Assembly (NCBI GenBank): GCA_963677485.1
Contig: OY781964.1
Span: 800,001-864,000, forward strand
From: Armatimonadota bacterium
GTDB taxonomy: Bacteria; Armatimonadota; HRBIN16
Length of the DNA stretch: 64,000 nucleotides
Direction of reading: 5' to 3'
The notes below the pieces were generated by a model. That model searched no databases. It saw only the letters and a list, made by a program, of their open reading frames with translations, and was not told the origin of the DNA. Positions 10,264-18,937 of the stretch are shown one piece after another (the stretch's first letter is position 1; the number at the start of each line of letters is the position of its first letter). The position numbers were made by a program, and so were the translations under genes.

Positions 10264-11117
10264 CCAATCCGCTTCTTTACCTTCTCCTTGTCCCCTTGCT
10301 GTTGTTTTTCATCAGCAAACCACTCTTGTTAAAATACGCAAAACGCATGGGGTTACAACGCACCAATTTCCTGGGCAACCCTGTGGCATTAGGCTACGGC
10401 ATGACCATATGGCTGCTGTGCCTGGTGTTGTTTGGCACTATGGTGTGGCTTGTCGATGAAGTGCCTTTTTACCTCATGTTGCTCATCACCACCGGGTGGT
10501 ATGGGCTGCTAGGGACGATTGATGACCTGTTCGGCAAGCGTGATGGCGAACCAAAAGGGTTGAAAGGCCATTTCTCAGCGTTGTTCAAAGGAAGGATCAC
10601 CACAGGCTTGATTAAGGCCGTCGGAGGTCTGCTTGGTGCCGTCTGGCTGGGAGGCATCACCGCTCAGCACACTTGGCAGTGGCCTGTCAACACGTTGTTG
10701 ATTGCGCTGAGTGCCAACGCCATCAATCTGTTCGACCTGCGGCCAGGACGAGCCATCACCATCAGCCTTGTGGCACTCGCTGTGTGCGCGATTTTGGCAT
10801 TTCAAGAGAGCCAAATTTACCTGTTTATTGGACTGATTCTCATATGGAGTATGTGTTTCTTCTGGCGGAAGGAAGATGCGCAGGCGAAGGCGATGATGGG
10901 CGACAGCGGCAGCAACCTGCTGGGTGCCGTGATGGGCGTCTCGCTGGCTATCTGCTTGCCTGCCTGGGCATCAGTAAGCTGGCTAGTGGTGTTGATCCTG
11001 CTGCATGTCGCCGCGGAGCGCGTCTCATTTAGTCAGTTGATTGAACGCACACCATGGCTGGCGCGTATCGACAGCCTTACCGGCCTTCGGAAGCCAGCAC
11101 GAAAAACAACTCGTTAG
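10254..11117 (+). CDS. MraY/WecA-like polyprenyl-phosphate sugar-phosphate transferase (GT4-like)
   Basis: Multi-TM protein with GTIDD, NAINLFDLRPGRA and MMGDSGSN. Confidence 0.8.
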   Translation: MGLTNPLLYLLLVPLLLFFISKPLLLKYAKRMGLQRTNFLGNPVALGYGMTIWLLCLVLFGTMVWLVDEVPFYLMLLITTGWYGLLGTIDDLFGKRDGEPKGLKGHFSALFKGRITTGLIKAVGGLLGAVWLGGITAQHTWQWPVNTLLIALSANAINLFDLRPGRAITISLVALAVCAILAFQESQIYLFIGLILIWSMCFFWRKEDAQAKAMMGDSGSNLLGAVMGVSLAICLPAWASVSWLVVLILLHVAAERVSFSQLIERTPWLARIDSLTGLRKPARKTTR

Positions 11118-11847
11118 GAAACACGAGCTCAGTAACCTCATAGTCACACTGCGACATCAACCGATGGAACTGCTCGCGGTAGTTCTCCAGCATCCCTTTG
11201 TTGCGCCCGCCCAGGCTTCTAATGGGATAACTCACCACAATGTGCCTGGCGTGGATAGAGCGCAGCAGTTGCAGCGCACCGCCCTTGCACTGCTGCTCCA
11301 TACAGGGCAGAGTCTTCAACACCAACGCCACATCAAACTGTCCAGTGGGCAGCTCGCTCAGTGCATCAGCCCAGACGCAGTTACCAGCCCAGTTTTGTGA
11401 CTGGCTCACATGGTTCACCAGGCTGACCAGTCTGCTATCAATCTCACAGCCCATGATTTCGCACTCGGAGCTTAGCCCCATCTGAACTCTGGCAAGTGGA
11501 TTCAACCCACAAGCGACATCCAATATGCGATCAGGAACTCCTGCGATGGCCCAGATAGCCGGAAAAATCTGCTCATAATACCCGAGCCGTTCATTGGTTG
11601 AGGCATGCTGTGCTAATAATCCAAGCACATCATCGGTGGATTTTGAGAGTTGGATATCGCCTTCGATATAGCTGCCGAACACCTGATGCAGTTTCCGTTT
11701 CGCCTCTTTGGTGGCCATTTTAACCGGGTATCGACACAATGCCCATGCGGCAATACGGCGCAATACGGCGGGGTAGAGAGCAGCATACTTCGTGGTGTGG
11801 CTCAACTCAACGACGAGACTCTCTACATCCTCCGGGGCACCCATCAC
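11077..11847 (-). CDS. 16S rRNA (guanine(1405)-N7)-methyltransferase, Rmt/ArmA/Sgm (FmrO) family
   Basis: Motifs KRKLHQVFGSY, HASTNERL, LDVACGLNPLA, DVALVLKTLPCMEQQ, VVSYPIRSLGGRNKGMLENY and terminal NELFFV all match this family. Confidence 0.85.
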   Translation of the reverse strand: MMGAPEDVESLVVELSHTTKYAALYPAVLRRIAAWALCRYPVKMATKEAKRKLHQVFGSYIEGDIQLSKSTDDVLGLLAQHASTNERLGYYEQIFPAIWAIAGVPDRILDVACGLNPLARVQMGLSSECEIMGCEIDSRLVSLVNHVSQSQNWAGNCVWADALSELPTGQFDVALVLKTLPCMEQQCKGGALQLLRSIHARHIVVSYPIRSLGGRNKGMLENYREQFHRLMSQCDYEVTELVFPNELFFVLASEGR

Positions 11848-12938
11848 GCTCTCAGTTCACAGATACGTGCCATCAGCCGTGTATACACCCGCAGGTTATG
11901 CATCGTGGCCAGGCGGTGGGCCACAGAGTCGTTCAGTTGGAATAGATGGTGCATGTAGGCACGGCTGTATCGACGACAACAGGGGCAGTCACAACTCTCA
12001 TCCACAGGGGATTTATCTCTGATGTATTTCGTATCTTGGATGTGCAGATAGTCGATGAAACCTCGCGAAGTGAAGTCCAGATTCGCCGGAGCACCCGGTT
12101 TATATATATACAACCGCTTGTGGCGTGCATCGCGGGTGGGCATCACACAGTCAAAAGTATCAAACCCAAATGAGGCCGCTGTCAGCGTGTTCTCAGGTGA
12201 GCCTATGCCCAAGGCGTGCCGCGGCAGCTCATCAGGGGTTATTTCGCAGAACTGCCCCACAGCGCCGACCAGCTCACCACCCGCCCCAATCGGCCAGCCG
12301 CCGTATCCGTAGCCGTCAAACCCGATCTCTTGAAGCCGTAGAGCACACTCGCGCCGAAGCTCGGGGTCGCTTCCGCCCTGCACAATGCCATACAGTAAAG
12401 GTGCCTGATGGCCCACTTTACGTATGCGGATCTGCCGGTGCCACTCTTCTTTGCAGCGCTTTGCCCATGCCACGGTCAGTTCCACACTCCGTCTTTGAGC
12501 AGGTGCATCGTCTTCTGGGTGAGTGCAAACATCCAGACAGAATACGATGTCGGCACCCAGCCGGAACTGCTTTTCGATACTTTTCTCCGGGCTAAGCATC
12601 TCTTTTTTTCCGTCCGATGCACTCTTGTAACTGAATCCGCCGCTTCCGATGGAGCCAAGTGAGGGGTTTTCTCTCAGCAACGAATAGACCTGGAACCCGC
12701 CGGAATCACACATCACAGGCGCTTGCCATCCCATAAAATCATGGATGCCACCCAGACTGCTGATGGAATTTACTCCCGGTGAGCTGCTGAGATGCAGCAG
12801 GTTGACCATGAGGGCTTTGATTCCCACACTCTCCAGATCTGCACTGTCCAGTGTGCGAACCACAGCTCGCGTGCCGTCGGGCAGAAAGGCTGGCAGGGGC
12901 AGCACACCGCTTTGCAGCAATAACTCAGTGGGCCTCAA
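11844..12938 (-). CDS. tgt: tRNA-guanine transglycosylase family protein (atypical)
   Basis: Motifs DSGGFQ, LDVC, GIVQGG, FDCVMPTRDARH and Zn-binding CDCPCC...HNL. The pocket motif is GGWPIG rather than GGL(S/A)VGE. Confidence 0.8.
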   Translation of the reverse strand: MRPTELLLQSGVLPLPAFLPDGTRAVVRTLDSADLESVGIKALMVNLLHLSSSPGVNSISSLGGIHDFMGWQAPVMCDSGGFQVYSLLRENPSLGSIGSGGFSYKSASDGKKEMLSPEKSIEKQFRLGADIVFCLDVCTHPEDDAPAQRRSVELTVAWAKRCKEEWHRQIRIRKVGHQAPLLYGIVQGGSDPELRRECALRLQEIGFDGYGYGGWPIGAGGELVGAVGQFCEITPDELPRHALGIGSPENTLTAASFGFDTFDCVMPTRDARHKRLYIYKPGAPANLDFTSRGFIDYLHIQDTKYIRDKSPVDESCDCPCCRRYSRAYMHHLFQLNDSVAHRLATMHNLRVYTRLMARICELRA

Positions 12939-13759
12939 AAGAACTCCTTTTCGTCGAATTCATCGGCATCATCAGCTTCGTCTGTTTCTCCAGATTCATC
13001 AACTTCATCTGCAAATCGATCATAATCCGGGCTGTCTATGAGCTTTTCTTCTATTTCACCATCATCAGGATCAATGAACTTCTTGTTCTTCCCGGCGATC
13101 ACAACCACAATCTCACCACGCGGAACTTCATTTCTGAAGCACTCGATCAGACCATCCAGGTTGTCCCGAGTCACGGTCTCAAACATTTTGGTCAGCTCTA
13201 GGCAAACCGCGGCGTGCCGGTTGCCCAAAGATTTGCGCGCATCTTCCAGCAACCCCAACAGCCTTCCGGGTGCTTCATACATGATGAGCGTATGCGGGCT
13301 GTTCATCTCAGCCTCTAAAAAGTGACATCGCTTGCCAGTTTTCCGCGGAGGGAAGCCCAGAAAAGTAAAGCTACTATTGGGCAATCCCGAGGCCAACAAA
13401 GCCGTGATGGTCGCACTAGGCCCTGGCAAGACCTCGATCTCATGACCACCATCGATCGCGGCCCGTATCGCCAGATATCCAGGATCGCTGATGCCCGGGC
13501 TGCCTGCATCGGAAACCAAACCCACCTTGAGACCCTGGTTCAGCAGGGTGAGTATCCCCTTAGTCGCCTGCCGTTCGTTGTGCTCATGGTAGCTAAAAAC
13601 TCTTGGGGGACGCGCGATTTCATGGCGTTTCAGAAGAATGCTGGTGTGGCGTGTGTCCTCGCATGCAAGCGCATCCAATGAGTTCAACTCACGCAAGGCG
13701 CGAAGTGTCAGATCCTCAAGGTTGCCGATTGGAGTGGCGATGACTAGTAACTTGCCCAA
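12935..13759 (-). CDS. rsmI: 16S rRNA (cytidine(1402)-2'-O)-methyltransferase
   Basis: Motifs ATPIGNLEDLT, CEDTR, SDAGSPGISDPG, GFPP and ELTKMFE; acidic C-terminal tail. Confidence 0.92.
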   Translation of the reverse strand: MGKLLVIATPIGNLEDLTLRALRELNSLDALACEDTRHTSILLKRHEIARPPRVFSYHEHNERQATKGILTLLNQGLKVGLVSDAGSPGISDPGYLAIRAAIDGGHEIEVLPGPSATITALLASGLPNSSFTFLGFPPRKTGKRCHFLEAEMNSPHTLIMYEAPGRLLGLLEDARKSLGNRHAAVCLELTKMFETVTRDNLDGLIECFRNEVPRGEIVVVIAGKNKKFIDPDDGEIEEKLIDSPDYDRFADEVDESGETDEADDADEFDEKEFF

Positions 13760-13861
13760 TAGATTCCTCTTTTGTGGATATTCGATTGTCTGATGTCACT
13801 GTAAGATTCTACCAGTTAATGAACGAGTGGGATGTAACCGAGCATGATGGGACAGACGGAA

Positions 13862-13891
13862 GGCGGGGCTACAACGAATTGTAGCCTCGCC
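13862..13891 (-). terminator. Stem-loop downstream of melA
   Basis: GGCGGGGCTACAA / TTGTAGCCTCGCC inverted repeat about 10 nt past the stop. The U tract is weak. Confidence 0.5.
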
Positions 13892-13901
13892 GTGGTACCC
13901 G

Positions 13902-15203
13902 CTAGATGAGCGGCTTCAGTGGGATCAAGTCGCCGTGCTCTGCCAGCAGGTCATCGACCATGGCCCAGATTTCGTCCATCGTGAGCTCAGCCTTGGTGTG
14001 GGGATCAAGCATGGCGGCATGGTAGACCAGGTCGCGGTTGCCCGTCAAAGCGGCCTCCACCGTACACGCTTGCACCGCTATGTTAGTGCTGATATAGCTG
14101 GCCAACTGCACGGGCAGGTCACCGATCACGGTCGGCTGCAGCCCGTTCTTGTCCACCAATACCGGCACCTCGACACTGCAGCCTGGCATCAGGTTGGTGA
14201 TCAAGCCATTGTTTGGCACGTTGCCGTAGATCACGCGCGGGATACCAGTCTCCATAGAGTGGATGATCAGCGAGCCGTATTCTGCACTGCGATGCACTGT
14301 GATGGGGTCGTCAGATTCAAACTCCACACGCATCTTTTCCCATTCCGCATTCTGACTTTCGCAGCGACGCAGATACTCATCGATCGGTACATTGAAGCGT
14401 TCGATCAACTCTGGGCAGTCCCGACGGATAAAGTAAGGAGTATATTCCGCGTGGTGTTCACTGGATTCGGTCACGTAATAACCCAGCCGCATCATCATCT
14501 CAAACCGCACTCGGTCATGGTCAGGCACCTTGCCGTCGGCATAGAGTTTGCGCAAAGCCGGATACAGGTCCTGGCCGTTGTGCTGGAAAGTCAGATAAAA
14601 CGCCATGTGGTTGATGCCGGCGCAGATGTAGTTCACCTCATCGCCGGGAATACCCAGCAGATGAGCCAGCCCATGCGCTGATCCTTGAACACTGTGGCAA
14701 AGCCCCACACCCTTCACACCGGTCGCCTTCATGGCGGCCCAGGTGTTCATAGCCATCGGGTTAGTGTAATTGAGTAAAGTGCTTCCCGGGGCCAACTGCT
14801 TCATTTCGTTGCAGAAGTCCACCATCACAGGGATGGTGCGCAGTGCCCGCATGATACCACCGATGCCGAGGGTATCACCGATGGTTTGCTTCAAGCCATA
14901 CCGACTGGGTATCTCAAAGTCTGTGACAGTAGCGGGCTTATACCCGCCCACTTGAATGGTGTTAATAACATAGTTCGTATCGGCGATGGCCTCTTGCCTG
15001 TTGGTGGTCGCGGTGATTTTCGGGTTGGCCCCTACCGCTTTGGCCACCTTCTCAGCCACGCGTTTGGCGGTATGCAGCCGCGCCTCATCGATGTCCATTA
15101 AGGCGATTTCCACCTCTTTCAGCTCGTCAAAGCTGAGGATGTCGCCTAAAAGATTACGGGTGAACACGACGCTGCCTGCGCCGATCAATGTGATTTTCGC
15201 CAT
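13902..15203 (-). CDS. melA: GH4 alpha-galactosidase
   Basis: Motifs KITLIGAGSVVF, QTIGDTLGIGG, LNYTNPM, GLCHSVQ, AGINH and TESSEH. Confidence 0.88.
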   Translation of the reverse strand: MAKITLIGAGSVVFTRNLLGDILSFDELKEVEIALMDIDEARLHTAKRVAEKVAKAVGANPKITATTNRQEAIADTNYVINTIQVGGYKPATVTDFEIPSRYGLKQTIGDTLGIGGIMRALRTIPVMVDFCNEMKQLAPGSTLLNYTNPMAMNTWAAMKATGVKGVGLCHSVQGSAHGLAHLLGIPGDEVNYICAGINHMAFYLTFQHNGQDLYPALRKLYADGKVPDHDRVRFEMMMRLGYYVTESSEHHAEYTPYFIRRDCPELIERFNVPIDEYLRRCESQNAEWEKMRVEFESDDPITVHRSAEYGSLIIHSMETGIPRVIYGNVPNNGLITNLMPGCSVEVPVLVDKNGLQPTVIGDLPVQLASYISTNIAVQACTVEAALTGNRDLVYHAAMLDPHTKAELTMDEIWAMVDDLLAEHGDLIPLKPLI

Positions 15204-15379
15204 GGTGCCTGACCTCTTGTGTATGAATCTCCATTCTATTATATTGCATATGCCCTTAAGCCCATCTATCGCTGTGTATCGTCATATATCGGCTGCGCCG
15301 AATAATGCGGAATGGTCTCATCTTGACTTGGTGTGCTCTATCAGTCAAACTGAAATAGGAAAGGTGGTCCTAAAACACT

Positions 15380-16651
15380 GTGTTGCACCTGATCACTGTC
15401 GGATTAAGCCATCATACAGCACCGCTGATGTTGCGCGAACAGTTCTCTTTTGAGGGCTCCCGTTTAGATACCGTGCTGCTGGCGTTGATGCGGGCAGGAG
15501 CACGTGAGGCCGTGGTTTTATCCACCTGTAACCGAACAGAGATCACAGTCCGTGGTTTGGCCGATCAAGAGCTGATACGAATACTGAGTGCCCAAACCGA
15601 CATCGCACTTAGCATCTTTACTCCACACCTCTACATCTATAAAGCCGAAGAAGCGGTCTCCCACCTGTTTCATGTGGCGGCCGGTCTCGATTCGCTCGTA
15701 TTGGGCGAACATGAGATCCTGGGACAGGTGCGTAGAGCCTGGGATACGGCGAAGAAAATAGGCTGCAGCGGCCGGCTGATGGATGCACTTTTCCGATCAG
15801 CCTTGACCTTAGGCAAGAATGTCAGGTCTAGCACTGAGCTTGGCCAACATGCGATATCGATAGGTTCGCTCGCGTTGCGAAAAGCGATTGACGAGTTTCC
15901 TGACTTCTGGCAACGCAACATCATGGTGGTCGGTGCCGGGAAAATGGGCCAACGGCTGATCAACGAGCTTGTCGACCGCAGGAAAGAATCGGGCACTTTT
16001 ACCCCAATCACCGTCCTCACAAGAAGCCCCAAACAGGCGAAATTGAAGGCCGACTTTCCCGGAGTACGCCTGCTTGAGACGGCGAAACTATACGAACTTC
16101 TACCAGAAGCCGATGTGATTTTCACCTGCACCGATTCGCTTTCCCCACTCCTGGATTGCGCCTCGCTTCTACCGCTTACAGCAAAAAGACACGGACGGCC
16201 GCTGTTATTGGTGGACCTCGGGGTGCCGCGAAACATCAGCCCCTGCGTCCGTAAGGCCGATTTCGTGCACCTCTTCGACTTGGAAGACTTGAATGCGCTC
16301 TCCGAAGCTCATAGTGCTGCACGTGCCGAATCCATTCCGTCGGCAAAACGCCTTCTAGAAGAGCATATGGCCGTGTTTATCGAACGCTGGAGACTGCGTG
16401 ATAATATCGAGACTATCAAGTCACTGAAGGCTGATGTGGAACGGATTCGGCAGCAACAACTGGAGTGGGCTACACCCAAAATGGGTGAGTTATCACCATC
16501 GCAGCAACAGATTCTAGACCAAATGTCACGAAGGTTGGTACAGCAAATGCTTCACAAGCCCCTCTCAGCTCTTAACCAGTCTGACGGAAACACCGCCTTA
16601 ATCGAGGCCTTCGTGCGCATCTTCGGACTAGAAAAAGAAGGCGATTCATAG
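15380..16651 (+). CDS. hemA: Glutamyl-tRNA reductase
   Basis: Motifs LSTCNRTE, GLDSLVLGEHEILGQV, GAGKMG and DLGVPRN. Confidence 0.93.
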   Translation: MLHLITVGLSHHTAPLMLREQFSFEGSRLDTVLLALMRAGAREAVVLSTCNRTEITVRGLADQELIRILSAQTDIALSIFTPHLYIYKAEEAVSHLFHVAAGLDSLVLGEHEILGQVRRAWDTAKKIGCSGRLMDALFRSALTLGKNVRSSTELGQHAISIGSLALRKAIDEFPDFWQRNIMVVGAGKMGQRLINELVDRRKESGTFTPITVLTRSPKQAKLKADFPGVRLLETAKLYELLPEADVIFTCTDSLSPLLDCASLLPLTAKRHGRPLLLVDLGVPRNISPCVRKADFVHLFDLEDLNALSEAHSAARAESIPSAKRLLEEHMAVFIERWRLRDNIETIKSLKADVERIRQQQLEWATPKMGELSPSQQQILDQMSRRLVQQMLHKPLSALNQSDGNTALIEAFVRIFGLEKEGDS

Positions 16652-16656
16652 AAACT

Positions 16657-17586
16657 GTGCTGCGCATTGGCACGCGAGGCAGTAAACTCGCATTGATCCA
16701 GGCAAACTGGGTAAAGACTCAACTTGAGCTTCGCAACCCCGATACCGAAGTTCAGCTTCACATCATCATCACTTCAGGTGACCGGCAACAGTACCAAGTG
16801 GTTGGAGCATTCACGAACGAAATCCAATCGGCGTTGTTGAACAATGAGATCGACATCGCTGTACACAGCATGAAAGACCTGCCCACACAACCGGTCAAAG
16901 GGCTCAAGATCGCCGCCGTGCCCTTGCGAGAAGACCCTCGGGATGCGTTGATCAGCCCCCTTGGAGGCTTGAAAGAGCTGCCGCCTGGCGCGGTGATCGG
17001 TGCAGGTAGCGCGCGCAGAGCGGCGCTCATTCATGCGGTCAGGCCCGATATTATCACCCAAAAGCTGACAGGCAATGTAGATACCAGGCTGCGGAAGCTG
17101 CGCGAGGGGCAATATCAAGGCATCGTGATGGCTATGGCAGCGCAAAACCGCATGGGATGGTGGACTGAAGGTAACGAGACCTTGACCGGTCTGCAAGTGC
17201 AGCCCTGGCCTACTGATGTTTTTCTTCCGGCCCCTGCTCAAGCGGCCCTGGCATTGGAGTGCCGCAGCTCAGACATTGGTGCGATAACAACCCTGTCGGC
17301 GTTAGATCACCCGCCGACCCATAGTGCAGTGATCGCCGAACGGGCAGTCTTACACCAACTGGGTGGCGGATGCTCCGCTCCGGTGGGGGCATACGCCTCA
17401 GTGACAGCGGATGAGCTGACATTAACTGCCATTGTGGCCAGTCAGAGCGGCTCTGATATCATAAAGATGCAGGCGCAAGGTTTGTGTGCGAACGCCCGTA
17501 AACTGGGCATCACTCTTGCAAAAAAAATGTTAAAACAAGGCGCGGATGTCATTCTACGTGAGGTAAGGAATTCAGATGAATCATAA
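16657..17586 (+). CDS. hemC: Hydroxymethylbilane synthase
   Basis: Motifs IGTRGSKLA, DIAVHSMKD, REDPRD, GNVDTRL and GGGC. Confidence 0.93.
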   Translation: MLRIGTRGSKLALIQANWVKTQLELRNPDTEVQLHIIITSGDRQQYQVVGAFTNEIQSALLNNEIDIAVHSMKDLPTQPVKGLKIAAVPLREDPRDALISPLGGLKELPPGAVIGAGSARRAALIHAVRPDIITQKLTGNVDTRLRKLREGQYQGIVMAMAAQNRMGWWTEGNETLTGLQVQPWPTDVFLPAPAQAALALECRSSDIGAITTLSALDHPPTHSAVIAERAVLHQLGGGCSAPVGAYASVTADELTLTAIVASQSGSDIIKMQAQGLCANARKLGITLAKKMLKQGADVILREVRNSDES

Positions 17587-18358
17587 CTTAAAAGGAATTC
17601 GTGTCATAGTCACACGCCCAGAAGGGCAAGGTGAGGGCCTGGTGTCCCGCTTTACCGAACTTGGCTCAACAGTTATTTCGATGCCTGTGATCTCCATCCA
17701 ACCGCCTGAACACTGGGGCGAGGTGGATACCGCTATCTGGTCTCTGCGCGATTACGACTGGGTGGTGTTCACAAGCACCAATGGTATCGCAAAGTTCTTT
17801 GATCGCATGGAGAAGCTGGGAATCAACAACATCGCATTGGACCCAGTGAAAATCGCCTGTGTGGGCCCCGCGACCGCATCTGCACTTCGAAAGCGGTACC
17901 GTGATCCTGACGCCATTCCGATTGAGTATATCTCCGACGCCCTACCTGCGGCGATGGGTGATGTTCATGGGAAAAAGATTATGCTGGCACAGGCCGACAT
18001 CGCACGCACCAGCTTGTCCGACGAGTTGACAGCCCATGGTGCGATTGTGACTAATGTGACTGTCTACCGCGTGCTGCAGATTGAACCAGCAAACACCGCC
18101 GAAGTGATGAGCGGCCCCATCCCCGACGTGATCACATTCACCAGCCCGTCTACGGTACGCAGCATGTGGGCACTGTTGCAGAAGCATGATAAAGCGGAGT
18201 GGTTCGCGCAGAGCAGGCTGGTCTGTATCGGACCGGTGACGAGTGCGGCCATTGAAGAGATCGGCTATTTCCGCATCACCACCGCTGAGAACTTCACCGA
18301 AGAGGGTCTTTTTGAGGCGGTATTGAGCAGCTATTCCAGCCCCAGCGATTTGGAGTAA
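17576..18358 (+). CDS. hemD: Uroporphyrinogen-III synthase
   Basis: Motifs IVTRP, WVVFTSTNG, CVGPAT, FTSPSTV and CIGPVT; overlaps the end of hemC. Confidence 0.88.
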   Translation: MNHNLKGIRVIVTRPEGQGEGLVSRFTELGSTVISMPVISIQPPEHWGEVDTAIWSLRDYDWVVFTSTNGIAKFFDRMEKLGINNIALDPVKIACVGPATASALRKRYRDPDAIPIEYISDALPAAMGDVHGKKIMLAQADIARTSLSDELTAHGAIVTNVTVYRVLQIEPANTAEVMSGPIPDVITFTSPSTVRSMWALLQKHDKAEWFAQSRLVCIGPVTSAAIEEIGYFRITTAENFTEEGLFEAVLSSYSSPSDLE

Positions 18359-18377
18359 CCACCGTGCCCGTTCGCAC

Positions 18378-18515
18378 ATAGGGGCAACCCCCCGTGCTTG
18401 CCCTGTATGGTGCTGCAGTTTCGCAACAGGATTTTAGTGGCAGGCACGGTGGGCTGCCCCTACGATGTCCGTGCCGGTTTCACTAACCTGGGCAGCCACG
18501 GGGGGCTGCCCCTAC
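18378..18515. repeat. REP-like GTAG/CTAC palindromes (variant subfamily)
   Basis: ATAGGGGCAACCCCCCGTGCTTGCCC, GGCAGGCACGGTGGGCTGCCCCTAC and GGGCAGCCACGGGGGGCTGCCCCTAC. Confidence 0.7.
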
Positions 18516-18529
18516 GCATGTTCTTATAC

Positions 18530-18856
18530 CCATTGCGTTAAATGCATCCCCTCGCCATCTGCGTCCATCTGCGTCCATCCGCGGTTCAGGCATCCCCCTT
18601 TCGCGTCTTTGCATCCTTGCGCCATTGCTTTAAATGCATCCCATCCCCATCTGCGTCCATCCGCGTTCATCCGCGGTTCAAACATCTCCCCCTTTGCGTC
18701 TTTGCACCCCTTGCGTCTTTGCGTTAAATGTATCCCCTCCCATCCCCATCTGCGTCCATCCGCGTCCATCCGCGGTTCAGGCATCCCCCCTTTGCACCCT
18801 TGCGCCATTGCGTTAAACGAACCCCCTCCCCTTCGCGTCTTCGCGTCTTCGCGTGG
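18530..18856. repeat. Three tandem ~90-100-bp units built from ATC(T/C)GCGTCC / TTGCG(T/C)C short repeats
   Basis: Each unit contains ATCTGCGTCCATC(T/C)GCGT(C/T)CATCCGCGGTTCA followed by TTGCG...TTAAA. Confidence 0.8.
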
Positions 18857-18880
18857 CACCTCCCGAGTACCCCCACATAA

Positions 18881-18919
18881 ACAGAACCGCCCCTGCTGTG
18901 TAAACAGGGGCGGTTCTGT
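18881..18919. terminator. Stem-loop between convergent hemD and purL
   Basis: ACAGAACCGCCCCTG / CAGGGGCGGTTCTGT perfect 15-bp stem. Confidence 0.7.
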
Positions 18920-18937
18920 ATGGTTGGAATGTCGCGC

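Noticed and set aside
13935-14681. 248-aa antisense ORF (and similar ones at 19274-19951, 27808-28497 and 49098-50156)
   Set aside because: They are shadow frames opposite well-supported genes.
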